Shown here: one piece after another, positions 19,204 to 29,434 of the stretch | Numbering within the stretch: the stretch's first letter is position 1 | How the letters are laid out: each line of letters begins with the position of its first letter | NCBI GenBank assembly: GCA_002495885.1 | Contig: DAHG01000033.1 | Location: 86,997 to 150,996, forward strand | Direction: 5' to 3' | Length of the DNA: 64,000 bases | DNA from: Methanocellaceae archaeon UBA148 | GTDB taxonomy: Archaea; Halobacteriota; UBA148 | Notes under the pieces: model-generated | The model's input: the letters and a program-made list of their open reading frames with translations, nothing else | Database searches by the model: none | What the model was told of the DNA's origin: nothing | Translations under genes and position numbers: made by a program

Positions 19204-20604
19204 TCACGCAAATTTCAAGATCGAGGATTCCATCGTACTTAAATCGATGATTGGAACATGAGCTGGGACCGGCTCTAGGTTTACCCTTTTCTGGAAATCG
19301 GTCTGTGATTGCCATGTGCCAGAATTCACCAAAGTAACGCCACGATACTTTGATAGCCCGATGGTGTGCACATGACCGCAATGTAATATGTCTGGGATGC
19401 TATCGATCACAAAATGGTCTTTCTTTTCAGGTGCTATGGAAACGCGTTCACCATATATCGGAAACAAATGTCTTCTTCTGAGCATTTCAACCATGATTCT
19501 GTCTGGCTCTTTATAGGATAGCCCGGGTAGTGCTGCAACAAAATCATCCAGAGAGCGCCCATGGTAGATAAGTGCTTTAATGCCATCCAGCTCTACCAAC
19601 GATGGGTTGCCCAAGAACATTACATTTAGATCGCAGAACATATCGGTTATTTTCTTTGGCAAAGCTGGTTGTGGCTCTGCCTGTCGAACAGCATCATGAT
19701 TCCCTGGTGAGATTATGATCTTGATGTACGTTGGTACTTCCCTAAGGTACTCTGCAGCCTTTTGATATTGCTCGTAAATATCTGGGATTAGTAGGTCTTT
19801 TTCTTGGTCAGGATAAACTCCGATCCCGTCCACCAAATCGCCCGCAATTACTATGTATTTGACTTTTTCGGCCAGCGTTCTTTGATCGTCATCTCCGAGA
19901 TCGCCATTTAACCACTTGATGAACTTAAACCATGCTCCCTCTAAGAACGTCTTACTCCCAACATGTATGTCAGATGTCAGAACCGCAAAAACTTGTTCAA
20001 ATGCTCTTCTGGACTGGTTTTTTACCGGTATATCCGGCCACAATACATTACTTGCTATTAAGAGCTTACCATCTTTTGTCAGATTTCCGGTAACGCCGAT
20101 AACCTCATCCAAGATAATATGATCGGATACTTCAAGTAAGCCCTTATTCTTTTGGAGAAGGACTGGAAACATCCCAGTTGGGTCTTCCAACTCTATCAAC
20201 TTATGTCCGTTTGAAGTATTTCTAATATCAGATACCATTCCAATAATAGCGGTCTCTCCTCGGACTTTGTTGAGGCTTTCAATGGGTCTTGCATTTACCC
20301 TTCCCCGGATCATATCACTTAGTTTGGCATATCTATCACGAAAATACAAAACGAACTCGTCATAACCGCCAAAACACGTCGATTCGCTGGTAATATCACT
20401 TAAAACTCGAACCTCTGCTGAAGGCCTTGAGAGGGCGTTTCTAACATGTTCTGGGGTGACCACCAACACGGAGTCGTCCAAAGACGTCAGTATGTCTTGC
20501 ATCAGCGCCTCAATAGAGCCTTCGTGCTTTTGTATCATTGCAACCGCATCTGGATGTATTTGATGCCCTGCCTCTGCAAAACGTTGGATAGTGTCCTCTC
20601 CCAT
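19204..20604 (-). CDS. polB: DNA polymerase II (PolD) small subunit DP1 (calcineurin-like phosphoesterase / exonuclease)
   Basis: 466 aa. OB-fold region plus metallophosphatase motifs (VLTSDIHVGS, GDLVDGIG, GNHD, GHVH). Confidence 0.9.
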   Translation of the reverse strand: MGEDTIQRFAEAGHQIHPDAVAMIQKHEGSIEALMQDILTSLDDSVLVVTPEHVRNALSRPSAEVRVLSDITSESTCFGGYDEFVLYFRDRYAKLSDMIRGRVNARPIESLNKVRGETAIIGMVSDIRNTSNGHKLIELEDPTGMFPVLLQKNKGLLEVSDHIILDEVIGVTGNLTKDGKLLIASNVLWPDIPVKNQSRRAFEQVFAVLTSDIHVGSKTFLEGAWFKFIKWLNGDLGDDDQRTLAEKVKYIVIAGDLVDGIGVYPDQEKDLLIPDIYEQYQKAAEYLREVPTYIKIIISPGNHDAVRQAEPQPALPKKITDMFCDLNVMFLGNPSLVELDGIKALIYHGRSLDDFVAALPGLSYKEPDRIMVEMLRRRHLFPIYGERVSIAPEKKDHFVIDSIPDILHCGHVHTIGLSKYRGVTLVNSGTWQSQTDFQKRVNLEPVPAHVPIIDLSTMESSILKFA

Positions 20605-20676
20605 AAAATCAACAAGGATATTTAATAGTGTAACAGGGTATAAATTATACGTTAGAGTGTATTAAGGGGTTTATAA

Positions 20677-21243
20677 ATGAGTGATAATTTTTGGATCGAA
20701 TTGGCAAGGGACTTGGTCTTTGCAACAGCCGCAGTATTCCTACTTATAGGTGTTGCATATCTCTTCGCAGGAACCTGGCCCATGATGGTTGGAGTCGAGT
20801 CTGGTAGTATGGTGCCACACATATATAAAGGAGACATCATATTCCTCCAGGGTATTAGCCGCACCACCGTCACAACACATCAAGTTGGTGCAGATGTCAA
20901 CTACACATCTTTTGGTGAATATGGCGATGTGATAGTGTACAGACCCAATGGAGATCCTAAGGTGACCCCAATAATTCATAGGGCCATGTATTGGGTTGAT
21001 GCGGGAGAGCCCATGCCCAATGCCAAACCTGCACCCCACGCAGGATTTATCACTAAAGGAGACAACAATAATGGTTATGATCAACCTGGCTTGACTGCCC
21101 CGATAAAACCAGACTGGATCGTAGGTGTTGCTAGAGGGAGAGTGCCGTATTTGGGACATATCAGGTTAATTTTTAGCGTGGCTTACCCAGTCCATGACTT
21201 ACCCCCCGTACAATCTGGTCTGGGTGTCGGGTATGCTAACTGA
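20677..21243 (+). CDS. archaeal signal peptidase I (Sec11/S26 family)
   Basis: N-terminal TM helix. VESGSMVP (Ser nucleophile box), IHRA, and KGDNN motifs typical of S26B peptidases. Confidence 0.7.
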   Translation: MSDNFWIELARDLVFATAAVFLLIGVAYLFAGTWPMMVGVESGSMVPHIYKGDIIFLQGISRTTVTTHQVGADVNYTSFGEYGDVIVYRPNGDPKVTPIIHRAMYWVDAGEPMPNAKPAPHAGFITKGDNNNGYDQPGLTAPIKPDWIVGVARGRVPYLGHIRLIFSVAYPVHDLPPVQSGLGVGYAN

Positions 21244-22464
21244 CTTTAGATGGATACCCCCAAGTGACTTAAGCCGATAGTCCTCGAGTAGTACATATTT
21301 TATCTGATCTATTGGAATACTAACCGATATTTCCTTCGTTCGACCGTATCGGCCTTTGCTAACCACAGTGGCGCTGACGATTCCCAACATATCGAGTTCT
21401 GATATCAAATCAGTCACGCGACGTTGTGTTAGATCGGCCATGTCAGTCTTGTGGCAGAGGTCTTTGTAGACCGTATAGACTTCGCCCGTCGTCAAGTTCT
21501 TTCTATTAAGCAAGACCATACTATACAAGACCAGCTTAGATTGCGTTGGAAGAGTGCGCACGACCTCAACGATCCTGTCCAGCTCAATTTTATCCTGCGC
21601 CCATCGAACGTGCTCTTCCATAACGATGTCGCTTTGGGCACGCTCAGCCAGCTCGGCAGAGACGCGTAGTAGGTCAAGTGCTCGCCTCGCATCACCATGC
21701 TCTTGGGCGGCAAAAGCCGCACAGAGTGGAATTACCTCTGGACTGAGTGCATCTGACTTGAACGCCACACGCGCCCTTTGCTCCAAAATATCCCTTAGCT
21801 GGTCTGCATTATATGGCGGAAATATGATTTCCTCCTCCCCCAGAGAAGAGCGGACCCTTGGGTCCAAGAACTCTATGAATTTTAGATCGTTTGATATGCC
21901 AATTATACTAACTTTAGCATGATTTAATTCAGAATTAATTCTGGACAGGTTATACAATATTTCATCGCCCTTTTTAACCAATTTGTCAACTTCGTCTAGT
22001 ATGATGATTACGGCCCTATTCCCGTTATCGATTCCATTTTTAAATTCAGCATAAACTTGGTCGGTTGGCCAGCCAGTCGGCGGAATTTCCTTATCAAAAT
22101 AACCTGCTAAGTGATAAAGCACCCGATATTGCGTGTCTACAATCTCACAATTGATGTACAAAACAGTGCAGGGTTTTCCTTTAGATTCACTTATTATCTC
22201 AAGCTCTCTTCCAACATATTTTACTACGGCTGTTTTACCAGTACCGCTCTTTCCGTAGATCAGGATGTTCGAAGGGGTCTCTCCACGGATAGCAACTACA
22301 AGCGTAGTAGCCATTCTATTTATCTGTTCTCTTCTGTGGGGTAAATAATCGGGTGTATATGAAGGACGTAAAACTTCCCTATTCACAAAGATTGGTTTGA
22401 TATTTAGTAAATCCTCGAACAGTTGTTTGAGTTCCAAACACATTCCCTCCCACAACAATTCCAA
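21199..22464 (-). CDS. cdc6: Orc1/Cdc6 replication initiator (AAA+ plus C-terminal winged helix); the track start is a TTG, first ATG at 22443
   Basis: Walker A IYGKSGTGKTAVV, Walker B ILDEVD, sensor motifs, C-terminal wH. Adjacent to ORB-containing intergenic DNA. Confidence 0.9.
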   Translation of the reverse strand: MELLWEGMCLELKQLFEDLLNIKPIFVNREVLRPSYTPDYLPHRREQINRMATTLVVAIRGETPSNILIYGKSGTGKTAVVKYVGRELEIISESKGKPCTVLYINCEIVDTQYRVLYHLAGYFDKEIPPTGWPTDQVYAEFKNGIDNGNRAVIIILDEVDKLVKKGDEILYNLSRINSELNHAKVSIIGISNDLKFIEFLDPRVRSSLGEEEIIFPPYNADQLRDILEQRARVAFKSDALSPEVIPLCAAFAAQEHGDARRALDLLRVSAELAERAQSDIVMEEHVRWAQDKIELDRIVEVVRTLPTQSKLVLYSMVLLNRKNLTTGEVYTVYKDLCHKTDMADLTQRRVTDLISELDMLGIVSATVVSKGRYGRTKEISVSIPIDQIKYVLLEDYRLKSLGGIHLKSVSIPDTQTRLYGG

Positions 22465-22836
22465 TGGAAAGATACCTAATAATGATTTTGGTAATCACCC
22501 CTTTATTTCTACTGGAATTTACAATTCATTGTGCACTAGTTCAACTTTTATCAAAAAGGATTTTACGGGCTTTTTTAGTAAAATCTCTTTTTTTTATTGG
22601 CTTTTGATTGTCTCAGTGTTTTATTAAAGACAAGTCGGATGTATAGGGTTTCGGGCACCCCACCCCCTCTATTTCTACTAGAGCTGTTATAGCATATTTA
22701 TGGTTATATACTAGACTTACTTAGCATATTGTTGTTAGATTATAATACTTTTACTATATAAACATTGTCATAAAACAAATAAAGAAAGTAAGAATATAAT
22801 CAACTCAAGAACACCTCCAATTGAAACAATAGGGTG
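22459..22836. promoter_or_regulatory. putative chromosomal replication origin (oriC): inverted ORB / mini-ORB elements flanking AT-rich DUE
   Basis: mini-ORB ttccaatggaaa (22459-22470, +) and its inverted partner tttctactggaa (22506-22517, reverse complement ttccagtagaaa). Full ORB-like elements with G-strings: ccccctctatttctactag (22664-22682, reverse complement ctagtagaaatagaggggg) and ctccaattgaaacaatagggtg (22815-22836, +). These two bracket a ~130-bp stretch of ~25% GC (22683-22814). Arrangement oriC-orc1-DP1-DP2 as in Pyrococcus. Confidence 0.6.
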
Positions 22837-22844
22837 AGCGTTAA

Positions 22845-23141
22845 CTAACTATCAATAGAAACTCTTTCTAATTGACTGGCTATACCCCAAATTAACGTTC
22901 TTGTATGTAGTGGAATGTTAAGGTCATTACTAACTTCATTCAAAATCGACATTGCAGAAGCAGCTCTAATAACTGGGGGTGTGTTTGTATTAAATAAGAC
23001 GGTCCGAGCCCCATCCGCCGCTCGTCTTATATTCCTTGGAACGGAACCATCCTCTATAATTTGCCCTAAAACAGCAATACATTGCTTGATAATACCTTCT
23101 TTGGACGACATTATACCACCCAATATTACTAAGGCGAACAA
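22845..23141 (-). CDS. small conserved archaeal protein (UPF0147-like)
   Basis: 98 aa, helical. The PRNIRRAA motif is recalled from the UPF0147 family. Assignment from memory only. Confidence 0.35.
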   Translation of the reverse strand: MFALVILGGIMSSKEGIIKQCIAVLGQIIEDGSVPRNIRRAADGARTVLFNTNTPPVIRAASAMSILNEVSNDLNIPLHTRTLIWGIASQLERVSIDS

Positions 23142-23246
23142 TCTATATTAAATCTTATATCTCGTATATGTCATATTCTATCCTATCTAAAATCACAGAC
23201 CACAACCAATCCAACCACAACAAAGTCAAACGCAACCCCCCCCACA

Positions 23247-24929
23247 TCAAAATTTACCCAAAAAGCTTTGCTTTTGTGGGGTCGCTCCAGATCTTATCAA
23301 CTCCTCGCTCAAATTCGCGACTATCTTCCTCATCTTCTTCTCCCTGGCCATACTGGCCCAATAATAGGTTTCGTCTGCAGTCCCCTCAGTAATCAATATC
23401 TTAACTCTTCCAAAACCCCTTCGGGCCGTCCTACCCATCCTTTGGATAAGTCTGATCTCGCTGGGGACAGGTTCGTAAAAAACGACAAAATCTACCGACG
23501 GTATATCAAGCCCCTCCTCTGCAATGCTTGTTGCTACCAATACATTGTATGTATCACTCTGAAATTCTCGAAGTATGTGGGATTGATCCTCCTGCGTAAG
23601 CCCTGGATCATGTTGCTTGGAGGCCTGACCCACAAATCTTATCGGTCTTGCCAATTCTATTTCTTTTAGGCGGTGAACGATCTTTGTCGCGGTATCCCTA
23701 AACTGAGTAAAAACGATGATCTTTGATTGGGGGTTCTGTGACAATTCGCTCATTATCGCCTGTCTCAGCTTTTCCTGCTTTGGATGATCTATATTCAAGT
23801 ATTTTTTCACTAGTTCCATCAACACCGAAAAGCCCTGAGACGTCGTGATCCTTCTTGCAAACTTAACATCTCCCTTGGCTTTATCCTGTATGCTTTTTAG
23901 AAATTTGTGCAATACTTCTATGTCTTGTGTTGTCAGAACTTCGATAGCGTGTGAGAGAGATATCGATGCAGCCTGAAGTATGATGGCGGTGTATGCACTC
24001 CCTTGCCTTTTGTCTCGGTTTAGATTAGCTCTCAGCCTTTGACCCAATATCAACAAGTCCCTTTTGCTGACGTATTTTGTTTTCTTGTATGTCAGCAATC
24101 CCATGGATTGTAGTTTTTTTATCTCGCTATTGAGCATACCCTCCAAGACCCCCCTGATCTCCTTATATTCCTTGGGCAACTCCACTTTTTGCCAACTCAT
24201 CGTCAGTGGGTGGATGTATGGTTTTACATCATCATCCTCTTTGGATCTGTATTCTATGGCATTGATGAACAAGCTCTCATACGTCTCCTTGATCACCGTT
24301 CTGTCTTGCCCCGGGGAAGCAGTCAATGCCAAGATGAGCGGATCAATGCACTGATCTATATATATTTCTGCAATTTGGTTGTATGCATATTTTTTTCTGG
24401 CTCTGTGAGCTTCATCGAATACAATGAGACAGACATCGCCAAAATCATAGCGACCACCAACGGCATCGTTTCTTATAAGCTGTGGCGTTGCAAAGATGAT
24501 TTGTGCATTTTTCCATAATTCAACTCTTTTTTTAGGCTCCACTTTGCCTGTCAAAACCTCGAAATCATCGATGAGGAGAAATTTTCTGAAACTGTCATGA
24601 TGCTGTAAAACCAGCGGTCTCGTGGGCGCTAGAACCAAGATCTTTTTCAAAGGATGAATACTAAGCCTATGGGCTGCTACTAAGAGAGATAAGACCGTCT
24701 TGCCCAAGGCCGTTGGAAGTATAACCAGCGTATTATGCTCTAAACAGGTATTGAGAATGTTTTGCTGGTACAATCGTTCCTCCACCGTTTCTGGTCTGAT
24801 CAGTGGATGAGACACGTATTTACTCGCCATCAACGAAAAATATGGCCCGTAAACATAAATAATTACTTGATTTTTGGATTTTAAGATGGAATTGTCGAGT
24901 AACACTCTTCTGAGTAAAACTCTTATCAT
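23247..24929 (-). CDS. Hef/FANCM-like superfamily-2 helicase (helicase domains only, no ERCC4 nuclease); probable start at 24827 (MASKYV...)
   Basis: RLYQQNILNTCLEHNTLVILPTALGKT (motif I). DEAH box as FDEAHRA. Motif VI QRMGRTARR. The protein ends ~60 aa after motif VI, so no nuclease domain. Confidence 0.7.
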   Translation of the reverse strand: MIRVLLRRVLLDNSILKSKNQVIIYVYGPYFSLMASKYVSHPLIRPETVEERLYQQNILNTCLEHNTLVILPTALGKTVLSLLVAAHRLSIHPLKKILVLAPTRPLVLQHHDSFRKFLLIDDFEVLTGKVEPKKRVELWKNAQIIFATPQLIRNDAVGGRYDFGDVCLIVFDEAHRARKKYAYNQIAEIYIDQCIDPLILALTASPGQDRTVIKETYESLFINAIEYRSKEDDDVKPYIHPLTMSWQKVELPKEYKEIRGVLEGMLNSEIKKLQSMGLLTYKKTKYVSKRDLLILGQRLRANLNRDKRQGSAYTAIILQAASISLSHAIEVLTTQDIEVLHKFLKSIQDKAKGDVKFARRITTSQGFSVLMELVKKYLNIDHPKQEKLRQAIMSELSQNPQSKIIVFTQFRDTATKIVHRLKEIELARPIRFVGQASKQHDPGLTQEDQSHILREFQSDTYNVLVATSIAEEGLDIPSVDFVVFYEPVPSEIRLIQRMGRTARRGFGRVKILITEGTADETYYWASMAREKKMRKIVANLSEELIRSGATPQKQSFLGKF

Positions 24930-25122
24930 ATCCTATAAGAGAATTAGGCTGATGCCACGCCATCTGGCTTAGTGTGGCGATCGCAAGCAATATGTATGCC
25001 CCCTCTCTACCAAGGAAACTATGTGGGTGGGGTGTGTGCCATCTATCTGTGCTATCTATCTCTATCCATTTTCCTGGGGACGTATTACTTTAAACATAAA
25101 CACTATTGCTTGATATGTATGA

Positions 25123-26787
25123 TCAGATCAACGCTCCAACATTTTCAAATATAGCATCCCCAGAGATCAACTTCTTCATCACGCCAGAGAGGGCTTCGAT
25201 AGGAACTCGTATCTGTTTCATTGAGTCCCTCTCTCGGATGGTTACGGTATCATCCTCCAACGTCTGGTGATCTATGGTTATGGCAAATGGTGTTCCAATC
25301 TCATCATGGCGCCTATATCTCCGCCCGATCGTGCCTGATTCATCATAGTCAACCAGAAATCCGCTTTTGCGTAAGGAGTACTCTACCTCTCTTGCCCTCT
25401 TGTCCAAACCATCCCTTGAGAGTAGTGGTAACACAGCCCCTTGCACTGGCGCAATATTGGGGGGAAGTTGGAGAACCACTCTCTTCTCACCTTCTACCAT
25501 CTCCTCCTCAAAAGAATGCTCTAACAATACGTAAACGATCCGATCGATGCCATATGAAGGCTCAATAACATGTGGTGTGACCCCTTCTCCGCATGTCTCT
25601 TCCTGAACGCGCTCATATTCGACCAAATCCTTTGTAAGAGGGATCACCTCGCCCCCAACTTGAATCACACCTTCTTTGAATTGATCTGGTTCTAGTGTTC
25701 TGAGTGCCTCTATAATTTTAGCTGCCTTGTCCTTGAATTTGATTCCTATGGCACGTACGTTTGGTTTTATAATCGTTCTTTCCCTCATTATGGGTTGCTC
25801 ATATGGGGTGAAAACGGTCATTTCGGTTTGGCTGTGCTTTGCGTGAGCTTTAAGGTCGTAGTCCCCTCTATTGGCAATGCCAACTATCTCGGTCCACCCG
25901 AATCTGTCTGTTAGTGCCTCAGCATCCCAACAATCACTTGCATAATGGGCTATTTCGTCTTTTTTATGTTGCCTAAACCTGATTTTTTCTGGTGAAAGTC
26001 CGATTTTAAGTAAAAACTGCAGGATCAGTGCAATATGGTATCCCATTAATTGGTGTTTTATGATTCCTTTTTCGACTGCATCTTTCACAGAGATCTCCAG
26101 ATCGACCCCATTGATAACCCGCTCCTTCGCAGGATACAATCGCAGCATGATATCCTTGACTTCGTCAAAGCGCGGATGCTCATTCATTCTGGGATCTATG
26201 AAAATCTCAACCTCAGCTATCGTGAATTCCCTTAGGCGTAGGGTACCTTGCCTGGGCGATATCTCATTTCGATAAACCTTTCCCATTTGTGCAACACCAA
26301 ATGGAAGTCTATCCCTGTAGAACCTTAATATTCGATGAAAATCGACGAACATTCCCTGTGCAGTCTCTGGACGGAGATATCCAATTCTTTTGGAACCCGG
26401 CCCAATGGAGGTTTTAAACATCAGGTTAAATGCATACGCATCGCCAAGCGAACCACCGCATTCTGGACATTTTTCAAGGCCTAAATCTACTTTAAATGCC
26501 TCCCCACATTTTTTGCACTCGGCCATCAAATCAGTAAAATTGTCCACGTGTCCAGATGCAACAAATACGTCTTCTATATTCATTGCCGGCGTTTCAATCT
26601 CATAGAACCCCTCTCTTATTACGTAGAAATCACGCCATGTCTCCTTGATCCTTCTCTTCAGGGCAGCGCCCAAAGGTCCAAAATCCCAAAATCCAGCCGT
26701 AGAACCATAAATCTCAAAAGATGGCCAGAGAAACCCCCGTCGCTTTGCCAGTTCTATGACTTTCTCGTATTTGTCCATCGCGATCAC
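25123..26787 (-). CDS. glyS: glycyl-tRNA synthetase (archaeal/eukaryotic-type class II)
   Basis: N-terminal ...RRGFLWPSFEIYGSTAGFWDFGPLG... is the canonical GlyRS start. ~554 aa with a C-terminal anticodon-binding domain. Confidence 0.9.
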   Translation of the reverse strand: MIAMDKYEKVIELAKRRGFLWPSFEIYGSTAGFWDFGPLGAALKRRIKETWRDFYVIREGFYEIETPAMNIEDVFVASGHVDNFTDLMAECKKCGEAFKVDLGLEKCPECGGSLGDAYAFNLMFKTSIGPGSKRIGYLRPETAQGMFVDFHRILRFYRDRLPFGVAQMGKVYRNEISPRQGTLRLREFTIAEVEIFIDPRMNEHPRFDEVKDIMLRLYPAKERVINGVDLEISVKDAVEKGIIKHQLMGYHIALILQFLLKIGLSPEKIRFRQHKKDEIAHYASDCWDAEALTDRFGWTEIVGIANRGDYDLKAHAKHSQTEMTVFTPYEQPIMRERTIIKPNVRAIGIKFKDKAAKIIEALRTLEPDQFKEGVIQVGGEVIPLTKDLVEYERVQEETCGEGVTPHVIEPSYGIDRIVYVLLEHSFEEEMVEGEKRVVLQLPPNIAPVQGAVLPLLSRDGLDKRAREVEYSLRKSGFLVDYDESGTIGRRYRRHDEIGTPFAITIDHQTLEDDTVTIRERDSMKQIRVPIEALSGVMKKLISGDAIFENVGALI

Positions 26788-27626
26788 TTGATCAAAATTT
26801 TGATCAAATCCTTATCTAAAAGTAGTCCCTCTAGCTTGTTTTGCGCTGTCACTACCGGCATTTGATCAACTCGGTTACGACGCATCTTTTTTGCGCAATC
26901 GCTGATTTCTGACCGACGAAATGCTTTTATGACATCTTTGATCATTACATCTTTTACCGGAACTTCTGGCAGCTTTATGCGTGAGACACCATAATAGAGA
27001 TTCATCGTATCCCTCATGCTCTCCCATGCCCACGCATCCCCGTCAGATGCGGCCGACATGTCAAATTTTTCAACCGAATCCACGATCTCGCTTACATCAA
27101 GCAGATCTCTTTCGGTTATGATGCCGACCAGCTCCCCGTTTGAATTGAGTACTGGTGCCGCTTCCTGGTTGCTCAATCGCAGAATATCCATGACAACTGG
27201 CAAAGGGGTACCATCCCAAATTGCAACCAAATCCGACTTAACATAATCTTCGATTGAGTCTTTTAGGTCCATGTTGGCGATGGCTTCTACTAGGTCGGCA
27301 ACAGTCAGAATCCCTATGAGTGTATCGTCGATTACAACAGGCAATCGCCGTATGTTTCCTGTAAGAATCGCTTTTGCTGCATTAGCTATATCGCAGTCTG
27401 GGGAGATCGTGATAGGGTCTCTGGTCATTATCAGCGCAAGCTGCTCCTCATCAGGGTGTTTGAGCAGGTCTGTTCTAGTCACGATTCCTGCCAATTTTTT
27501 GTTCTTGATCACAGGAACCCCAGAAACGTGCTCACTCTTCAGTATTTTTAAGGCATCGTCTCTTGACCCTGGAACGGTTGCGCATACAACATCTTTTATC
27601 ATTATATTTTTGACTTTTATTGACAT
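26784..27626 (-). CDS. CBS-domain protein (four tandem CBS domains)
   Basis: Repeated ~60 aa units with a hydrophobic-x-TV-x-PD pattern. 4-nt overlap with glyS. Confidence 0.65.
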   Translation of the reverse strand: MSIKVKNIMIKDVVCATVPGSRDDALKILKSEHVSGVPVIKNKKLAGIVTRTDLLKHPDEEQLALIMTRDPITISPDCDIANAAKAILTGNIRRLPVVIDDTLIGILTVADLVEAIANMDLKDSIEDYVKSDLVAIWDGTPLPVVMDILRLSNQEAAPVLNSNGELVGIITERDLLDVSEIVDSVEKFDMSAASDGDAWAWESMRDTMNLYYGVSRIKLPEVPVKDVMIKDVIKAFRRSEISDCAKKMRRNRVDQMPVVTAQNKLEGLLLDKDLIKILIK

Positions 27627-27884
27627 TATCTACCCCTACTATGTAAGACAGTCACCGAATATGTTTTTTCAAGCATATAACTCATTCAGATTTACATCAT
27701 AATTCCTATTCAGAATTAATGATTTCGGTAGCAGACCATCCGACTATGAATTCTGAGTGAAAAATGCTATTAACCATTTATTTGATCCTCTTACTTCCCT
27801 TATCCTTATCTATGGAGTAAATATACATCTGTTACATGTTGAAAAACAACTGGAAAGGAAGCGAATGCAGAAGCATCGGCTTTC

Positions 27885-28997
27885 TTATCCGCAGATATCC
27901 TGTCGATTGTAATCATTTTGTGTATAAATCTTTTCCCCTCCAATCACCGCAATTATATCATCGGGCCTTGCCCGTCTTACGATACCACTTATGGGATTCC
28001 TTACACCTTTCATGTTGTTTGATTCACTGTCGACGATCATTATGTGTGCTGTTTTGCCCTCAACGATTGAGCCCATTTCCGACTCAAGACCTAATGCCTT
28101 TGCCCCATTAAGAGTACAAAGCGTAAATACTTCTCTGTCATCCCTTAAAAATGCTTTTGCCACGAATTCAATCTCAGAGAACATGTTAACCGAATTAAGC
28201 ATTACGTTGTCAGTTCCTATCGCGACAGTTATACCTAACTCGATCATCTTCTCGATCGGCGGTCTAGTCCATGAACATCCGACACCTGTCACAAAGTTCG
28301 ATCGAGGGCAGACTACCACTGGTATATTTTTATCGGCGACCATCTTGAGATTTTTACGATCTGCGTAAGTTAGGTGAACCAAGAAATCTGGATCCAATTT
28401 CAATGCGTCATCAATATCTGCACTATTTGCCTCACCTGCGTGTATCGCAAACAGTTTATCTTTCTTTCTCGTCAGCTCCGCCAACATCTCCAGATAATCC
28501 TGGGGGTGGTCGTTAGTGCTACTCATGCCAATGCCGTCTGTGATTTTTAGAACTCTTTCAACATCGCCATCCGGGCGACCCAAGATGATTGGTTTTACCC
28601 CTCTTATGCAAGCCTCTTTCAGGGCGAGCACCCCGGTTACACCCCCTTCCCTAAAATCGGCAAATGCGGCGGTACCGCAACATCTCATGTCCAACAAGCT
28701 TGACCTCATGGATGAAACTAGTTCATCCTTTGGCGTTTCTGATAAGATTTTGTGTTTCAGTCCGCCGGGCGAAACCAATGCCTCAAGAGAATCAAAATTT
28801 ACATCCTTTGCGACAGAATCGCCGATGTGTGTATGTGCGTTTATAAATGCTGGGGCGATAATTCCTTTTAAGACGGAATCCACTTCTCCAGTGGCGACCT
28901 CACTAACTACCCCGTCTTTGATGACCAAATATCCTTCCATCACATCAAAATCATCGCCATATATAATGCTACCAGAGATGATATGTTCATGAATCAT
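27885..28997 (-). CDS. metal-dependent amidohydrolase (MtaD/SsnA-like deaminase family)
   Basis: FINAHTHIGDS (HxH metal site), ...HAGE..., and DN aspartate motifs of the amidohydrolase TIM-barrel. Confidence 0.65.
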   Translation of the reverse strand: MIHEHIISGSIIYGDDFDVMEGYLVIKDGVVSEVATGEVDSVLKGIIAPAFINAHTHIGDSVAKDVNFDSLEALVSPGGLKHKILSETPKDELVSSMRSSLLDMRCCGTAAFADFREGGVTGVLALKEACIRGVKPIILGRPDGDVERVLKITDGIGMSSTNDHPQDYLEMLAELTRKKDKLFAIHAGEANSADIDDALKLDPDFLVHLTYADRKNLKMVADKNIPVVVCPRSNFVTGVGCSWTRPPIEKMIELGITVAIGTDNVMLNSVNMFSEIEFVAKAFLRDDREVFTLCTLNGAKALGLESEMGSIVEGKTAHIMIVDSESNNMKGVRNPISGIVRRARPDDIIAVIGGEKIYTQNDYNRQDICG

Positions 28998-29434
28998 GAG
29001 GACGAATTAAATAGGTTATCGTGGATTAAAACTTTTCCGCTTCACAGAGTTTGCATAAAATCAAAAAGTTTAATTTAGGCCGCACGCTTTTCACAACCCA
29101 GAGAAAAAGACGAGAGTTTGAAGGGGATAGGGAGGTGACACCCACTCTGGGTTTTTATGGGCGTGCGGCGCAACGCCCTTTCCTATTTATTTTAGTACAA
29201 GACGTTTTATGTATTATATATCCTGAGTTAGGGGTGGATTGTTGAGATTTGATATATTAATGGAGGAAATTCCCACCCCTTCTAATATATAACATATTTT
29301 CTACATATACCTTATTTGTTTTTTATCTTTATCTACTTTAGTATTATGCTTTTATAGTAGATAAATGTATTGATTTTATACCCAAAATATAAGTACTAAC
29401 AAGACCATTTTAATTAAGGAGGCATGGAGCCATC

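Noticed and set aside
19193-19381. 62-aa ORF overlapping the DP1 3-prime end
   Set aside because: Out-of-frame overlap with a strongly supported gene. No independent evidence.
22459-22470. Treating the first ORB-like word as part of the orc1 coding sequence
   Set aside because: The track's first codon at 22464 is TTG translated as M. The first ATG is at 22443, which leaves the mini-ORB in the 5-prime leader, consistent with an origin/autoregulatory site rather than coding sequence.
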